DNA from: an uncultured Chthonomonadaceae bacterium
GTDB taxonomy: Bacteria; Armatimonadota; Chthonomonadetes; Chthonomonadales; Chthonomonadaceae
DNA length: 64,000 nucleotides
Assembly (NCBI GenBank): GCA_963817895.1
Contig: CAWFQB010000001.1
Coordinates: 1,184,001 to 1,248,000, forward strand
Reading direction: 5' to 3'
Positions within the stretch are counted from its first letter, which is position 1; each line of letters opens with the position of its first letter. This document shows positions 9,875-21,030 of this stretch, piece after piece. The notes beneath the pieces are model-generated. The model saw only the letters and a program-made list of their open reading frames with translations, made no database searches and was not told where the DNA came from. A program made the position numbers and the translations under genes.

Positions 9875-12800
9875 ATGTCGAAAGTGAAAGTAAAGCCCTG
9901 TAAGTGGCTTCTTAGCGCGAGTTTGCTGCTGTCGCCCCTGACCCTGTGGGCGCAGCCCGCGCCGCAAACCGTGAAAGTCCATGCGGGGATGCTGCGCTAT
10001 CCGAGCGTGTCCGCGAAACAGATTGTGTTCGTGTACGCTAACAAGCTGTGGATTGTCGGGCGCGAGGGTGGGCAGGCGATCCCGCTGGCAACCCCGCCGG
10101 GACGAGTTGCCCTGCCGAAATTCAACAGGGACGGCACAACTGTCGCGTTTACGGGTAATTACGACGGCAACCCGGACCTGTACACTATTCCCGCCGGGGG
10201 TGGACTGCCAACTCGCGTTACGCACCATCCCGCTGCCGAGCGCCTGTGCAACTGGACGCCTGACGGCAATTTGCTGTTCGCGTCCAACGGATTTGTCGGG
10301 CAGGCGCGGCAGGATCAACTGTTTACGGTTCCGGCAACGGGTGGCCTGCCGCAGAAGCTGCCCGTGCCTTATGGCGACGACGCGGCTATCAGCCCGGACG
10401 GGCGCTATCTCGCGTATACGCCCTCTTCTACCAACAACCGGACGTGGAAACGCTACCGGGGCGGGTGGGCGCAGGACATCTGGCTGTTCGACCTGCAAAC
10501 CAAAACCGCCAAAAAGATCACGGATTGGGAAGGCACGGACACGCTTCCCATGTGGCAGGGCGCGAACATCTATTATCTGTCGGACGGCGGGCCGGAACAC
10601 CGGCTGAACATCTGGCGCTACGATACCAAAACCGCGCAGCGCAAACAAATCACGCATGACACGGATTACGATATAAAGTACCCCTCCATCGGGCCGGGGG
10701 CGAACGGCAGGGGCGAAATCGTCTTTCAGCACGGCGCAAAATTGGAACTGCTCGATCTGGCAAGCGATAAAACGCGCATTGTAGAAGTGAGTATTCCCGG
10801 CGATCAGGGCGAAATGCGCCCCCGCAGCGTGGATGTGGCGCGATTTATTACCGGTTGGGGCGTGTCGCCAAGCGGCAAAAACGTCGTGATGGAAGCGCGG
10901 GGCGACATCTGGACGATGCCGGTCAAAGAGGGAACGCCGCGCAATCTGACCCACTCCAACGGAATCGCCGAACGCGACCCGGCCTGGAGTCCCGACGGCA
11001 GATGGCTCGCCTATCTTTCCGATGCGACGGGCGAGTACGAAGTTTATGTGATGGCGTCCGATGGCAAGGGCGCGGCGAAGCAGCTAACCAAAAACGGAAG
11101 CGCGTACCGCTACAGTCCGCAATGGTCGCCCGACGCGAAATACATTACTTTTACGGACAAAACCGGCGCGTTATACCTGCACAACATCGCCAGCGGGCAG
11201 ACGAAACTTGTGGACACAGAACCCTACGGCGGCCAGATTTCTCCCCGATGGTCGCCGGACAGCCGCTGGCTCACCTATGCGCGGGGCGTCGGGCAGCGGC
11301 GAACATCTTCCATCTTCCTTTACAGTGTGGAAACAGGCAAGGCATCCCCGGTCACGGCAGGCATGTTCAACGATAGCAGCCCCGTTTTCGACCATAAGGG
11401 CGATTACCTGTACTTCGCCAGCGCGCGCAGTTTCAACCCGCAGTACGGCGACGAGGGCAGCACCTGGATTTACAGCGGCACGCAGATTCTGGTGGCGATG
11501 CCCCTGCGCAGGGACGTTCGTTCGCCCTACCTGCCGAAATTCGAGGCGGAGCCGCTAACGCGGGTGACCTCACCCCCGGCCCCTCTCCTGGCCGCGCAAC
11601 GCGCCAGGAGAGGGGAGAGCGTTGTTACAGGTTCTCCTGTAGTACAGGAAAGCGTACCGGCTTCGATTGGGATGCAGATAACAAATTCTGAAACAATCCC
11701 CCTATTAAGCCTCCCCTCTCCTGGCGACGAAGGAGCGGCCAGGAGAGGGGCCGGGGGTGAGGTACAGCAGGCGCAAACCGATGAAGTATCCGGCGATTGG
11801 AAAGGCATGGCGGGAGCCGTCAATTTCACGCTGCATCTGGTTCTGGGCGCGAACAACACCGTTACGGGAACCGCGCAGTCGGACCAGGGCAATGCCGATA
11901 TTACCGGAACATACAACCCGGCGACCAAAGAACTGATGCTGAGTTTGGCTCTGCCCGGTGGCGCGACGGCAACGCTCACTGCCAAAATCGTCGGCAATCG
12001 TCTGTCCGGCAACGTTACCATCATGGGGCAGATCATGGCAATGTCGGCGGAGCGGGTCGGGGGAGCGCCGCCGCCCAAACAGGGCGCGGGCAATGCTCCT
12101 GCCGGGGCCAAACCCGCTGCCGCGCCTGCCGCCGCTCCGCTTCATGTCAATATTGACCTGGACGGAATGGAGAATCGCGCCATTCTGCTGCCCGTTCGCA
12201 GCGGAAGTTTCCGCAATCTGGCCGTAAATGACCGCAACCAATTGCTGTTTTTCCGCTTCGGTTCGCGGCGAAGCGCCCGGCATCAAGCTGTTCGACATCA
12301 ACGATGAAAAGCGGCAGGAACAAACAGTCGCGGCGGGCGCGGGCGGTTTTGAAATCACGCCCGGACGGCAAGAAAATCCTGATTGCGCGGGGCGCAAGCG
12401 CGACCTTGCAGGACGCGAGCGCGGGCGCGGCAGGCGAAACCGTTACGCCCGCCGCCATGACCACGACCATTGATCCCCGCGCCGAATGGAAGCAGCTTTT
12501 CGACGAAGCGTGGCGTATCGAGCGCGACTTCTTCTACGACCCGAACATGCACGGCTTGAACTGGAAAAACGTGCATGACCAGTACGCCAAAATGCTGGAA
12601 AGCTGCGCGACGCGCGAGGATGTAAGCTATGTCATCAGCGAAATGATCTCCGAACTCAACGTGGGACACGCCTACTATTCCGGCGGCGATGTTCCCGTTG
12701 ACCCCGAGCGTATCTGTGGGCATGTTGGGCGCGGATTACAGCTCTGGAAAACGGCGCGTACCGCATCAAGAAAATCGTCACAGGCGCGGCCTGGGACGTG

Positions 12801-13703
12801 GAAGCGCGTGGCCCGCTTGCGCAGCCGGGCGTCAACGTCAAACCGGGGGATTATCTGCTCGCCGTCAACGGCGCGCCCCTGGACACGAAACAGGACCCCT
12901 GGGCGGCGTTCCAAAATCTGGCGGATCGGGTTGTCACCATCACGGTCAGCGATAAGCCGACAATGGACAGCGCGGCCCGCGACGTAACGGTTCGCCTGAC
13001 GGGAAGCGAAGCAACCCTGCGCTACCGCGACTGGATCGAGCAGAACCGCAAATACGTCGAGCAGAAAACGGGTGGGCGCGTGGGCTACATCTACGTGCCG
13101 GATACGGGCGTCAACGGGCAAAACGATCTGTTCCGGCAGTTCATGGGGCAGTACGACAAAGACGCCCTGATTATTGACGAACGCTGGAACGCGGGCGGCC
13201 AGATTCCCGACCGTTTCATCGAACTGCTCAACCGCCCCATCACCAACTACTGGGCGCGGCGCGACGGTCTGGACTGGCAATGGCCTCCCGTTTCCAGCCC
13301 CGGCCCCAAGTGCATGTTGATTAACGGGCTGTCGGGTTCGGGCGGCGATGCGTTCCCCTGGATGTTCCGGCAGGCGAAACTGGGCAAATTGATTGGTACG
13401 CGGACGTGGGGCGGGCTTGTCGGCATTTCCGGCAATCCCGGCCTGATAGACGGCGGCAGTATCACCGCTCCCACCTTCGCCTTCTACAAACTCAACAGTA
13501 CGTGGGGCATCGAAGGACACGGCGTAGACCCCGACATTGAGGTGATGGACGATCCCGCCCTGATGACAAACGGCGGCGACCCGCAACTGGATGCGGGCAT
13601 CAAGCAGATGCTCGACGACCTGAAACGCGCCCCCTACACCGCGCCCAAACGCCCGCCGTACCCGAACAAAAGCGGCATGGGCATCAACGAACGGGATAAG
13701 TAG
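9875..13703 (+). CDS. Tricorn-like S41 family protease (secreted), three indels near 12265, 12360 and 12700-12745
   Basis: Signal peptide, PD40 propellers, TWKRYRGGWAQDIW, ISELNVGH, PDZ region, GYIYVPD, DERWNAGG, SGSGGD (catalytic Ser), GTRTWGGLVG, IEGHGVDPDIEV. Confidence 0.92.
11567..11763. mobile_element. 197-bp palindromic repeat element inside the tricorn CDS
   Basis: Perfect 29-bp terminal inverted repeat acctcacccccggcccctctcctggccgc; related copies at 27320-27419, 31172-31245 and 45888-45931. Confidence 0.85.
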
Positions 13704-13973
13704 AAAAGGAGAAAAGGAGAAAAGGAGAAAAGGAGAAGAGAACCGCTAAATACGCGAAACAAACGAAAAAAGGACAAAAACATAAAGAGAATAGACAGGA
13801 TGAACAGGATTTTTCAGGATGGACAGGATTACATGCGCCAAGGGCTAATCTGTTTCTGTTCGTATAGTTGTATATCCGCTTCATCCGCCTTATTCGTGGT
13901 CTGAACTTTGTTTTCTCTTTTTTCGTTTATTTCGTGTGTTTCGCAGTTCCCAATCTCCTCTTCTCCTTTTCTA
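13704..13973. repeat. Nested composite of short tandem arrays between convergent genes
   Basis: (AAAAGGAG)n, acgcgaaac-type, (CAGGATGAA)-type arms, then atccgc-type, ttcgtgtgt-type and (CTCCTTTT) arms. Confidence 0.85.
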
Positions 13974-15381
13974 TCTTGCGTAGCGAGCGAGGTAGACGTA
14001 CTCGGCGAGGGCAGCAGCGGTGAACACGCCTGCCGCCACCCAGATACCGGGCAGGCGCAGGCCGACGCCGAAGAACAGCAGGGTAATGTGCGTACCGAGG
14101 TTGATGCCCATGCCTTTGTAACGGTGGTGGGTTTGGCCTTTGGCGACAATCAGGCCGCCCGCCCACGCGCTCAGGGACGACAGCAGGGGCAGGAGGACGC
14201 CCGCGCCGATGCCGATACGCGCCAGTTGGTGGAGGTCAGACGGCAAATGCAGAATACGGCCCACATAGACATTCAGCAGGGGCGTGAACGCGATCAGGGC
14301 GGTGGCGGCAGTGGTTGTCAGGCCGACGAGCAGGGTAAAACGTCGCAGGGGAGCGTGAGAAGCCGGATTTTTAGCCTGCGACACGGTAATTTCCTGTAGT
14401 GCCAGCCCCCATCCCCGCATCACGAGCAGCAGCATGGACACGACCGGCCATACAGCCAGCGTCGCGGTTTTATTGGGCAGGCGAGCCAGCGCGGCAGCCG
14501 TCATCGGCTGTGCCAGACAACGTGAGCAGCGTAGTAGCGGCAAGCGGCGCATAAAATTTCCAGATAGCGCGTTGAGAAAGGGAAGAGGGAACAGGGATGA
14601 AGGATGAAGGGATTGCTGATAGCCGATTGCCAGTAGCCGATTGAGGTTCTTCTCTATTCCCATATTCCCCATTCCTTGCTTCCTCTATCTCCTTTTCTCC
14701 TTTTCTCCTTTTCTCCTTTTCTTTCTCTAAATCCTGACTCCTGAATCCCGCCCCCTGCCCCCGAATGATGGGCAGGGCGAACAGTGTGGTTGCGAACGCT
14801 TCAGCGATCACGGCGGCCATGATCGCGTAGGCGCCGACCTGTACGCCGGGAATGTGGCGCAGCGAAGCCAGAATGGTTGCCACGCAGAGGACCGTACTCA
14901 GGCGAACCGCGGTTCCCCACGACACGCGGCGCGTCTGCCCGTAGCGCACCAGTACGCCCTGATAAAACCGCCGCCACGCAATCGCCGCCGTCCATAGCAG
15001 CATGATTTGCATGGCGGGACGGGCGGCAGCCACAATGGGCGCGGGCTGTCCCATGATGTTGCCGGCAATCAGGTCGAACAGAGGCGTAAAGGCAATCAGG
15101 GCGGTCAGGAGGGTGCAGCCGCCTGCCAGAGTGAGCATGAAGCGGCGCAGGGCGTGGTACGAATCGGCATCCTGCACAAGCGCAATCGCCGTCGCCAGCA
15201 GCATAATGACCGGGCTTTCGATCAGGAGGGACAGGGACAGCGTCAGGCCCCACGCGGCGAGGTGCAATTCCGGGGCGGCGAGCCGTCCCATTGCGCCCTG
15301 CACGGCAGGGCCTTCCAGCATCATCAATTCAAAACTGACCGCAAGCGGCAGCCACAGAGCAAAAATCGTCCGAACGCGCAT
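13971..15381 (-). CDS. MATE/MOP superfamily-like membrane transporter; frameshift near 14515
   Basis: Two hydrophobic halves with repeated ends (IFALWLPLA / IWKFYAPLA; RRF.L..G); ORFs 14470..15381 and 13971..14672 join. Confidence 0.7.
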
Positions 15382-15487
15382 AAATCTCTTTCATTGAGCA
15401 GCGCCATAGAGCCTCGCCAGTGAGGAACATTGTTGAGCAGCATCATGGAGGAAAGTTCTTGTTGTGTGTACGCGCCACAACAAACAA

Positions 15488-15528
15488 ACAACTTCGGCGC
15501 GAAAGAATTTCTTTCGCGCCGAAGTTGT
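15488..15528 (-). terminator. Perfect 19-20 bp hairpin followed by a T-rich tract on the minus strand
   Basis: acaacttcggcgcgaaaga-att-tctttcgcgccgaagttgt. Confidence 0.75.
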
Positions 15529-15685
15529 ACAAAGAGCTTGTTACACAGCAAAGGTGAACGCATGGATACGTCGTAGGGGTTCTGCTTGCTGAACCCTCCG
15601 CAAACGTGGGCGCAGCAAGCAACGACCCTGCATAAACGTTCACTCTTGCCGGAGTACGATCACAAGTCACGCCATCCACTGAAGG

Positions 15686-16267
15686 CTATTTGCGGCGGCG
15701 ACGCGCCAGAAGCAGGCCGCCACTCACCATCCCACTGCCCAGCAGCGCAAGGGTTCCCGGCTCCGGCGTCACAGCCGCTGCCGGAAAGTTAAATTGCACA
15801 CCCGTGAAGGTTTGCGCATTAGCTCCCGTACCCACGTCACTGAAGGTATAGTCCAGAGTAATGTAACCCTCCGAAACGAAGGTCGGACTGCTCATGCCAT
15901 AGGAGGCGGTGAACAGGTACAGAGCTGTTTTATTGTCGGAAAGCGCCATACCGTTCATGTCCTGGTTAGTGACGCTCGTGTCGATCTGGCCGAAATAGCT
16001 GCTGTTGGGAGCAATCACCAGAGGAGTGGGGTTATTGACGAGAATATAATCATTCGTTTCGGAGCCACCTTGGACAAAAAACGAGTCGTTGGTAATCGTC
16101 AGCATTTGCGAAGTGGTGTTGGCAATCTCTCCCCGGATACCAACGGTGCCGCCCCCGGCGGGAATAATGCCCGAACGCGCAGCCGTCAATGTCAGCTTTT
16201 GCGCCTGGGACGCGGCGGCAAGGCTCAGGCACAGTGCTGTGCAGGCTAAAATCAAGGCGGTTTTCAT
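15686..16267 (-). CDS. PEP-CTERM sorting domain protein
   Basis: Signal peptide; C-terminal TPEPGTLALLGSG...LLLARRRRK; RBS aaggag. Confidence 0.92.
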   Translation of the reverse strand: MKTALILACTALCLSLAAASQAQKLTLTAARSGIIPAGGGTVGIRGEIANTTSQMLTITNDSFFVQGGSETNDYILVNNPTPLVIAPNSSYFGQIDTSVTNQDMNGMALSDNKTALYLFTASYGMSSPTFVSEGYITLDYTFSDVGTGANAQTFTGVQFNFPAAAVTPEPGTLALLGSGMVSGGLLLARRRRK

Positions 16268-16607
16268 GTTGTGTCTCCTTAAAAATGGGATGCATTGAGG
16301 ATAGGCGAATTGGAGTGAAAACATTCAGAGTAAGAAACGCCATCTGTACTCTATACTGTTTGCAAGAATTCATGCCAAAGTGCGGCGATTACGCTATTTG
16401 TAGACAAATATGCCAAAATTTATGAAAATTTATCACAAATTCGCTACGGGCAGAGCGCTAAACCTAGTTTTCTATAAATACAATTCTATTTACCAGGAGT
16501 TGATTCCTTCCTTGCGAACGAAAAACTCGTATTTTATTCAGCAGGCATTTGCGTCTAATTTCTTGTAACGCTCCAATTAGGATTTCCATGGTGGTAGGAT
16601 TTTGCTT

Positions 16608-19412
16608 ATGTCATCTATATTATCTATGCCGACAGGCACGATTACTTTTCTTTTCACGGATATTGAGGGCAGCACCAAACTATGGGACCGGTATCCCGAG
16701 GGGATGCGCAGAGCTTTGGCCTGCCACGATAAATTGCTACAGCAGGCCATAGAACAGCATCATGGACACGTTTTCAAGACGGTCGGAGATGCGTTCTGCG
16801 CGGCTTTTCCAACCGCGCCCGACGCGCTTGCCGCCGCCTTAGAGGCTCACTTAGCCCTACAGCAGCCGGATTGGGGGGAAGTCGGCTCCATCCGGGTTCG
16901 TATGGGACTGCATACCGGCGAAGCGGAAGAGCGCGATAACGACTACTTTGGCCCCACGCTCAACCGCGTCGCGCGTTTGCAGGGAGTCGGGCATGGGCAG
17001 CAGACGCTTCTCTCTCAGGCTACCTATGAACTCGTTCGGGACAGTCTGCCTCCCGATGTCACGCTTCAGGATATGGGGCAGCACCGCCTCAAAGACCTTC
17101 TGGCCCCCGAACACGTCTGGCAGATTTTTCATCCCGCCCTGCCCACAGAGTTCCCGTCGCTCAAGTCGCTGGACTACCTTCCCACAAACCTGCCCCGGCA
17201 GATGACTTCGTTCATCGGGAGACAGCGCGAAATGGAGGAGATCAAGCGGCTACTCACGACCACTCCCCTGCTGACGCTACTCGGTATCGGCGGGGTCGGC
17301 AAAACCCGGCTTTCCGTGCAGGTGGGAGCCGACCTGGTGGATCACTACAAGGACGGCGTGTGGCTGGTGGAACTGGCCGCGCTGACGGAGCCGGAGTTGG
17401 TTCCACAGGCGATAGCGTCTGTATTGAGCATACGCGAGGAAGCGAACCGTCCCCTGCTGCAAACCCTCACGGATGCCCTGCGGGATAAGCAGATACTGTT
17501 GCTGCTGGACAACTGCGAACATCTGATAAATGCCTGCGCCCGTGTCGCCGACACGCTGCTCAAAAGCTGTTCGCATCTGACAATTCTGGCAACCAGTCGG
17601 GAACGATTGGGTATTTCCGGCGAACATGCGTGGCGTATCCCGTCCCTGCTTGCGCCAACTCCTGAAGATACCCTGCTGGTGGATCAGGAGACAATCGGAC
17701 AGGAAGCGACAGACCCGATACTCCGGCTGATGGAGTACGACGCGCCCCGACTGTTTGTGGAGCGCGCCCGGCAGCAGCGTCAGGATTTTACCCTTTACTC
17801 CGGCAATGTGGCCGCCATTGCCCATTTATGCAGACAGTTGGACGGCATCCCGCTTGCCATCGAACTGGCGGCGGCAAGAACGCGCTCCCTGTCTGTCGAG
17901 GAGATTGACAGCAAACTGGACAACCGTTTCCGCCTGCTGACGGGTGGAAGCCGCGCCGCCCTGCCGCGTCAGCAGACCCTGCGCGCCCTGATTGATTGGT
18001 CTTATGATCTGCTCAACGATCAGGAAAAGACACTGCTCGCCTGCCTGTCTGTGTTTGCCGGCGGATGGTTCGAGGAAGCGGCGGAGCAGGTTTGCGCGGG
18101 CGAGGAAATCGAAGATTGGGAGGTTCTGGACATACTTGGCAGCCTGGTGGATAAAAGCTTGGTCGCGCGTGAAGAGCAGGAGGGGCATACGCGCTATCGC
18201 CTGCTGGAAACCGTGCGGCAGTATGCCACCGAGAAACTACAGAGTCATACCGCAAAGCAGGACGCGCAGCAGAAGCATCAGGACTACTACCTCACGCTGG
18301 CAAAAGAGGCCAATTCACAGCTAACAGGGTCGCAGCAGGCTGCCTGGCTGGATACATTGGAAAGAGAACACGACAATCTGCGCGCGGCCCTGAACTGGCA
18401 GGTCAATGATACCAGTCTGTGCCTGGCCGGAACCTTATGGCGCTTCTGGGAGATACGGGGCTACTTTGCAGAGGGACGCGAACAACTGACGCGCCTGATG
18501 GCGCAAGCAAGCCAGGAACAAGCCACAACAGATAGGGTGGACGCGCTACGGGGCGTGGGCGCGCTGGCCTGGGCACAGGGCGATTACACCTATGCGCAGG
18601 ACAGTTACCAGCAAAGCTTGGAACTCTCCGAAAAATTGCGCTATCGGATAGGCATTGCGCTGGCCTTGAGTGGGCTGGGCAATATCGCCTACGCCGAGCA
18701 GAATGCGGAACTGGCGCGTTCGTTGCACCTGCGATGCCTGCAAATTCAGCAGGAAATCGGAGACGAACATGGCATGGGCGTCACGCTGAACTCGCTAGGC
18801 AACATCGCCTTACATCAGCAACAGGACCAAGAAACCGCGCGCCGTTCTTTTGAAGAAAGCCTGCGATTGTTGAACAAATGCGGAGACAAGCGTTACGCGG
18901 CTATAGCTCTGAGCAATCTGTCGGTGGTCGCTTATATGCAGGGCCATAATGAGGAGTTGCGCGTGTTAGGCGCGCAATGCCTGGCTATATACCGCCAACT
19001 TGGAGACAAGTTTCAGGTGGCTGTTGTGTTGAACAATATTGCTGAAGCCGCTTTCCGTATGGGCAATTACGCCGATGCGCGCCGAATGTACGCGGAGAGC
19101 CTGCGGCTGTTTCAGCAGTTGGGCAATCGTCAGTATATCCCCTATGTACTGGAAAGTCTCGCTTATCTGAATGCGGCTCTGGAACAATGGCCGCAGATGG
19201 TTCGCTTGATGGGCGCAGCGGAGGCGCAACGCGAGACTGTTCATGTCCCTCTGCCCCCCTCGGATGCGCAGGAAACGGAGGCGCAACTTGCAATAGCGCG
19301 TTCGCACCTGGGGGAAACGGCTTACGCGGCAGAGTGGGCGGCAGGGCGCTGTCTTACGCTGGAAGAGGCCATTGCCTACGCCCTTCAAACCGCGCCTTCC
19401 CCCCGCGCCTGA
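16608..19412 (+). CDS. Adenylate/guanylate cyclase + STAND ATPase + TPR protein
   Basis: FLFTDIEGST, KTVGDAF, VRMGLHTG, DYFGPTLNRVAR; GIGGVGKT, LLLDNCEH, LDGIPLAIELAAAR; C-terminal TPRs. Confidence 0.92.
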   Translation: MSSILSMPTGTITFLFTDIEGSTKLWDRYPEGMRRALACHDKLLQQAIEQHHGHVFKTVGDAFCAAFPTAPDALAAALEAHLALQQPDWGEVGSIRVRMGLHTGEAEERDNDYFGPTLNRVARLQGVGHGQQTLLSQATYELVRDSLPPDVTLQDMGQHRLKDLLAPEHVWQIFHPALPTEFPSLKSLDYLPTNLPRQMTSFIGRQREMEEIKRLLTTTPLLTLLGIGGVGKTRLSVQVGADLVDHYKDGVWLVELAALTEPELVPQAIASVLSIREEANRPLLQTLTDALRDKQILLLLDNCEHLINACARVADTLLKSCSHLTILATSRERLGISGEHAWRIPSLLAPTPEDTLLVDQETIGQEATDPILRLMEYDAPRLFVERARQQRQDFTLYSGNVAAIAHLCRQLDGIPLAIELAAARTRSLSVEEIDSKLDNRFRLLTGGSRAALPRQQTLRALIDWSYDLLNDQEKTLLACLSVFAGGWFEEAAEQVCAGEEIEDWEVLDILGSLVDKSLVAREEQEGHTRYRLLETVRQYATEKLQSHTAKQDAQQKHQDYYLTLAKEANSQLTGSQQAAWLDTLEREHDNLRAALNWQVNDTSLCLAGTLWRFWEIRGYFAEGREQLTRLMAQASQEQATTDRVDALRGVGALAWAQGDYTYAQDSYQQSLELSEKLRYRIGIALALSGLGNIAYAEQNAELARSLHLRCLQIQQEIGDEHGMGVTLNSLGNIALHQQQDQETARRSFEESLRLLNKCGDKRYAAIALSNLSVVAYMQGHNEELRVLGAQCLAIYRQLGDKFQVAVVLNNIAEAAFRMGNYADARRMYAESLRLFQQLGNRQYIPYVLESLAYLNAALEQWPQMVRLMGAAEAQRETVHVPLPPSDAQETEAQLAIARSHLGETAYAAEWAAGRCLTLEEAIAYALQTAPSPRA

Positions 19413-19863
19413 TATATTCTTTAGCGCCTGACACAGACAAAAGCGCAGGTTTTTCCGCATTATGGAGAACTTGCAGATGATCGAAATCACGATCTGTTGT
19501 CAGCAGTTCAAAACCCGTTACGTAAGCGGCTGCCGCAATCCACACATCGTTCTTGCCCATTGTAAATCCTTGACTTTTACTCTGCGCGTCAATCACAGCA
19601 TACGCCTGCATCGTTTCCCGATTCTCAATGGAGATTGGACGGAAGTAATCAAGAAGATACTGCATCTGTTCGAGTTTGTCATGGCCCCATGCCCACTGAA
19701 TTGCCAGTGAGCGTATCTCGCCTTCAGTGACAAGGCAGTAGGCAGGAACAACTTCCGTCATCAAGAGTTGCCTGTCCCGCTTGAGCCGTTGCCCAATAGC
19801 GTTGTCACGGATGAGATTAACAAAGATGTTGGTATCAAGCAGGTCGGGAAGCAGGGATGGCAT
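19354..19863 (-). CDS. PIN-domain (VapC-like) toxin
   Basis: LLDTNI, TEGE, GKNDVWIAA, LLTTDRDFDHL; start overlaps the antitoxin stop. Confidence 0.88.
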   Translation of the reverse strand: MPSLLPDLLDTNIFVNLIRDNAIGQRLKRDRQLLMTEVVPAYCLVTEGEIRSLAIQWAWGHDKLEQMQYLLDYFRPISIENRETMQAYAVIDAQSKSQGFTMGKNDVWIAAAAYVTGFELLTTDRDFDHLQVLHNAEKPALLSVSGAKEYIRRGGKARFEGRRQWPLPA

Positions 19864-20225
19864 TAAGATAGCTCCGCAAGCGCTTGTTGTATCTGCTCTT
19901 CGGTTTCATCCCCCGGCCACTTGCCGGAAACCATGTCCGCCAGCGTTTTACCCAGCGGCGGCGTCCTGCGCGGCGGATAGAGTTCCATTGCGCGTTGCTG
20001 CGCCTGCGCCAATTGTTCCGGCGTTCGGTGTACCATTTCGTAGACGGCGCGTTCCAATGGCGTTGGTTCCTGTTTCCCCACGGACTGCGCTTCTGGTGTT
20101 TGCGCCGTTTCGATATGTACTTGCAGCATATCGCCGGGTTGCAATCCTAACTCGACAACCATTTCTTTCGGAACCGTAAGCGAACCTTCGGCGGTGAGTT
20201 GAGCGGCAAAGGTGATAGCTGTCAT
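19863..20225 (-). CDS. AbrB/MazE-like antitoxin
   Basis: GSLTVPKEMVVELGLQPGD AbrB motif; RBS aaggagg; directly upstream of the PIN toxin. Confidence 0.8.
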   Translation of the reverse strand: MTAITFAAQLTAEGSLTVPKEMVVELGLQPGDMLQVHIETAQTPEAQSVGKQEPTPLERAVYEMVHRTPEQLAQAQQRAMELYPPRRTPPLGKTLADMVSGKWPGDETEEQIQQALAELS

Positions 20226-21030
20226 GGCTCTTGCCTCCTTATAGCTGATTCTGATATTGCATAGTCCACCATTGCTAAAATTCTTACTTGCATTAAGACA
20301 TTGTTTCAGGTAATATACGGAAAGGCTTTGAGGCCAAAACGAAGGCTCAATTTCCGTTGGAAAAAGAACATGAACGATCAATTGCGACACGCTGTACAAC
20401 AGGAGGATACTGTTCTCTTTATTGGTTCCGGGATTTCTTGTTGGTCCGATCTTCCATCTTGGTACGGATTGCTGAAACAACTTGCCAATTATCTAAAATC
20501 ATCTGATCGTGACAGTCAACTTGTCCTAAAGGAGATAGACCAAGATCTCTTGCAATCAGCGAGTTACGGCTTCGACCAGATGACACATGCTGAAATTGGT
20601 GAGTTCATCCGACAAGCATGTCAGTTCGGCAATGCTCACCCCCACGAAATACACCGCAAGATTGTCTCTTTTGGCGCTCGTTGCTTTATCACGACCAACT
20701 ATGATCGGCTTCTTGAAGATAGCTTGCGAAAATGGCAAAGTCATCACCCTTTCCATACTATCACAAATAAGCAACCATTTGAACAGGCCAATATTGTTCA
20801 AGCGAAGACATTAGACTTTGTTTTCAAACCTCATGGAGATGTTGAAGATGCAGATAGTGTTGTACTTACTCGCGAACACTACCGAAAGTTGCTTGAAGGC
20901 GGCGAAAGAAATTATTCATTAGAGTCGCTCAAGACACTACTCATAACACGCCGTGTGGTTCGGAATGTGTCAAGGATTTTGAGACAAAAAGCGAAAGTAT
21001 TTTATGTAGCGAGCAGTCATTCCTCGCCAC

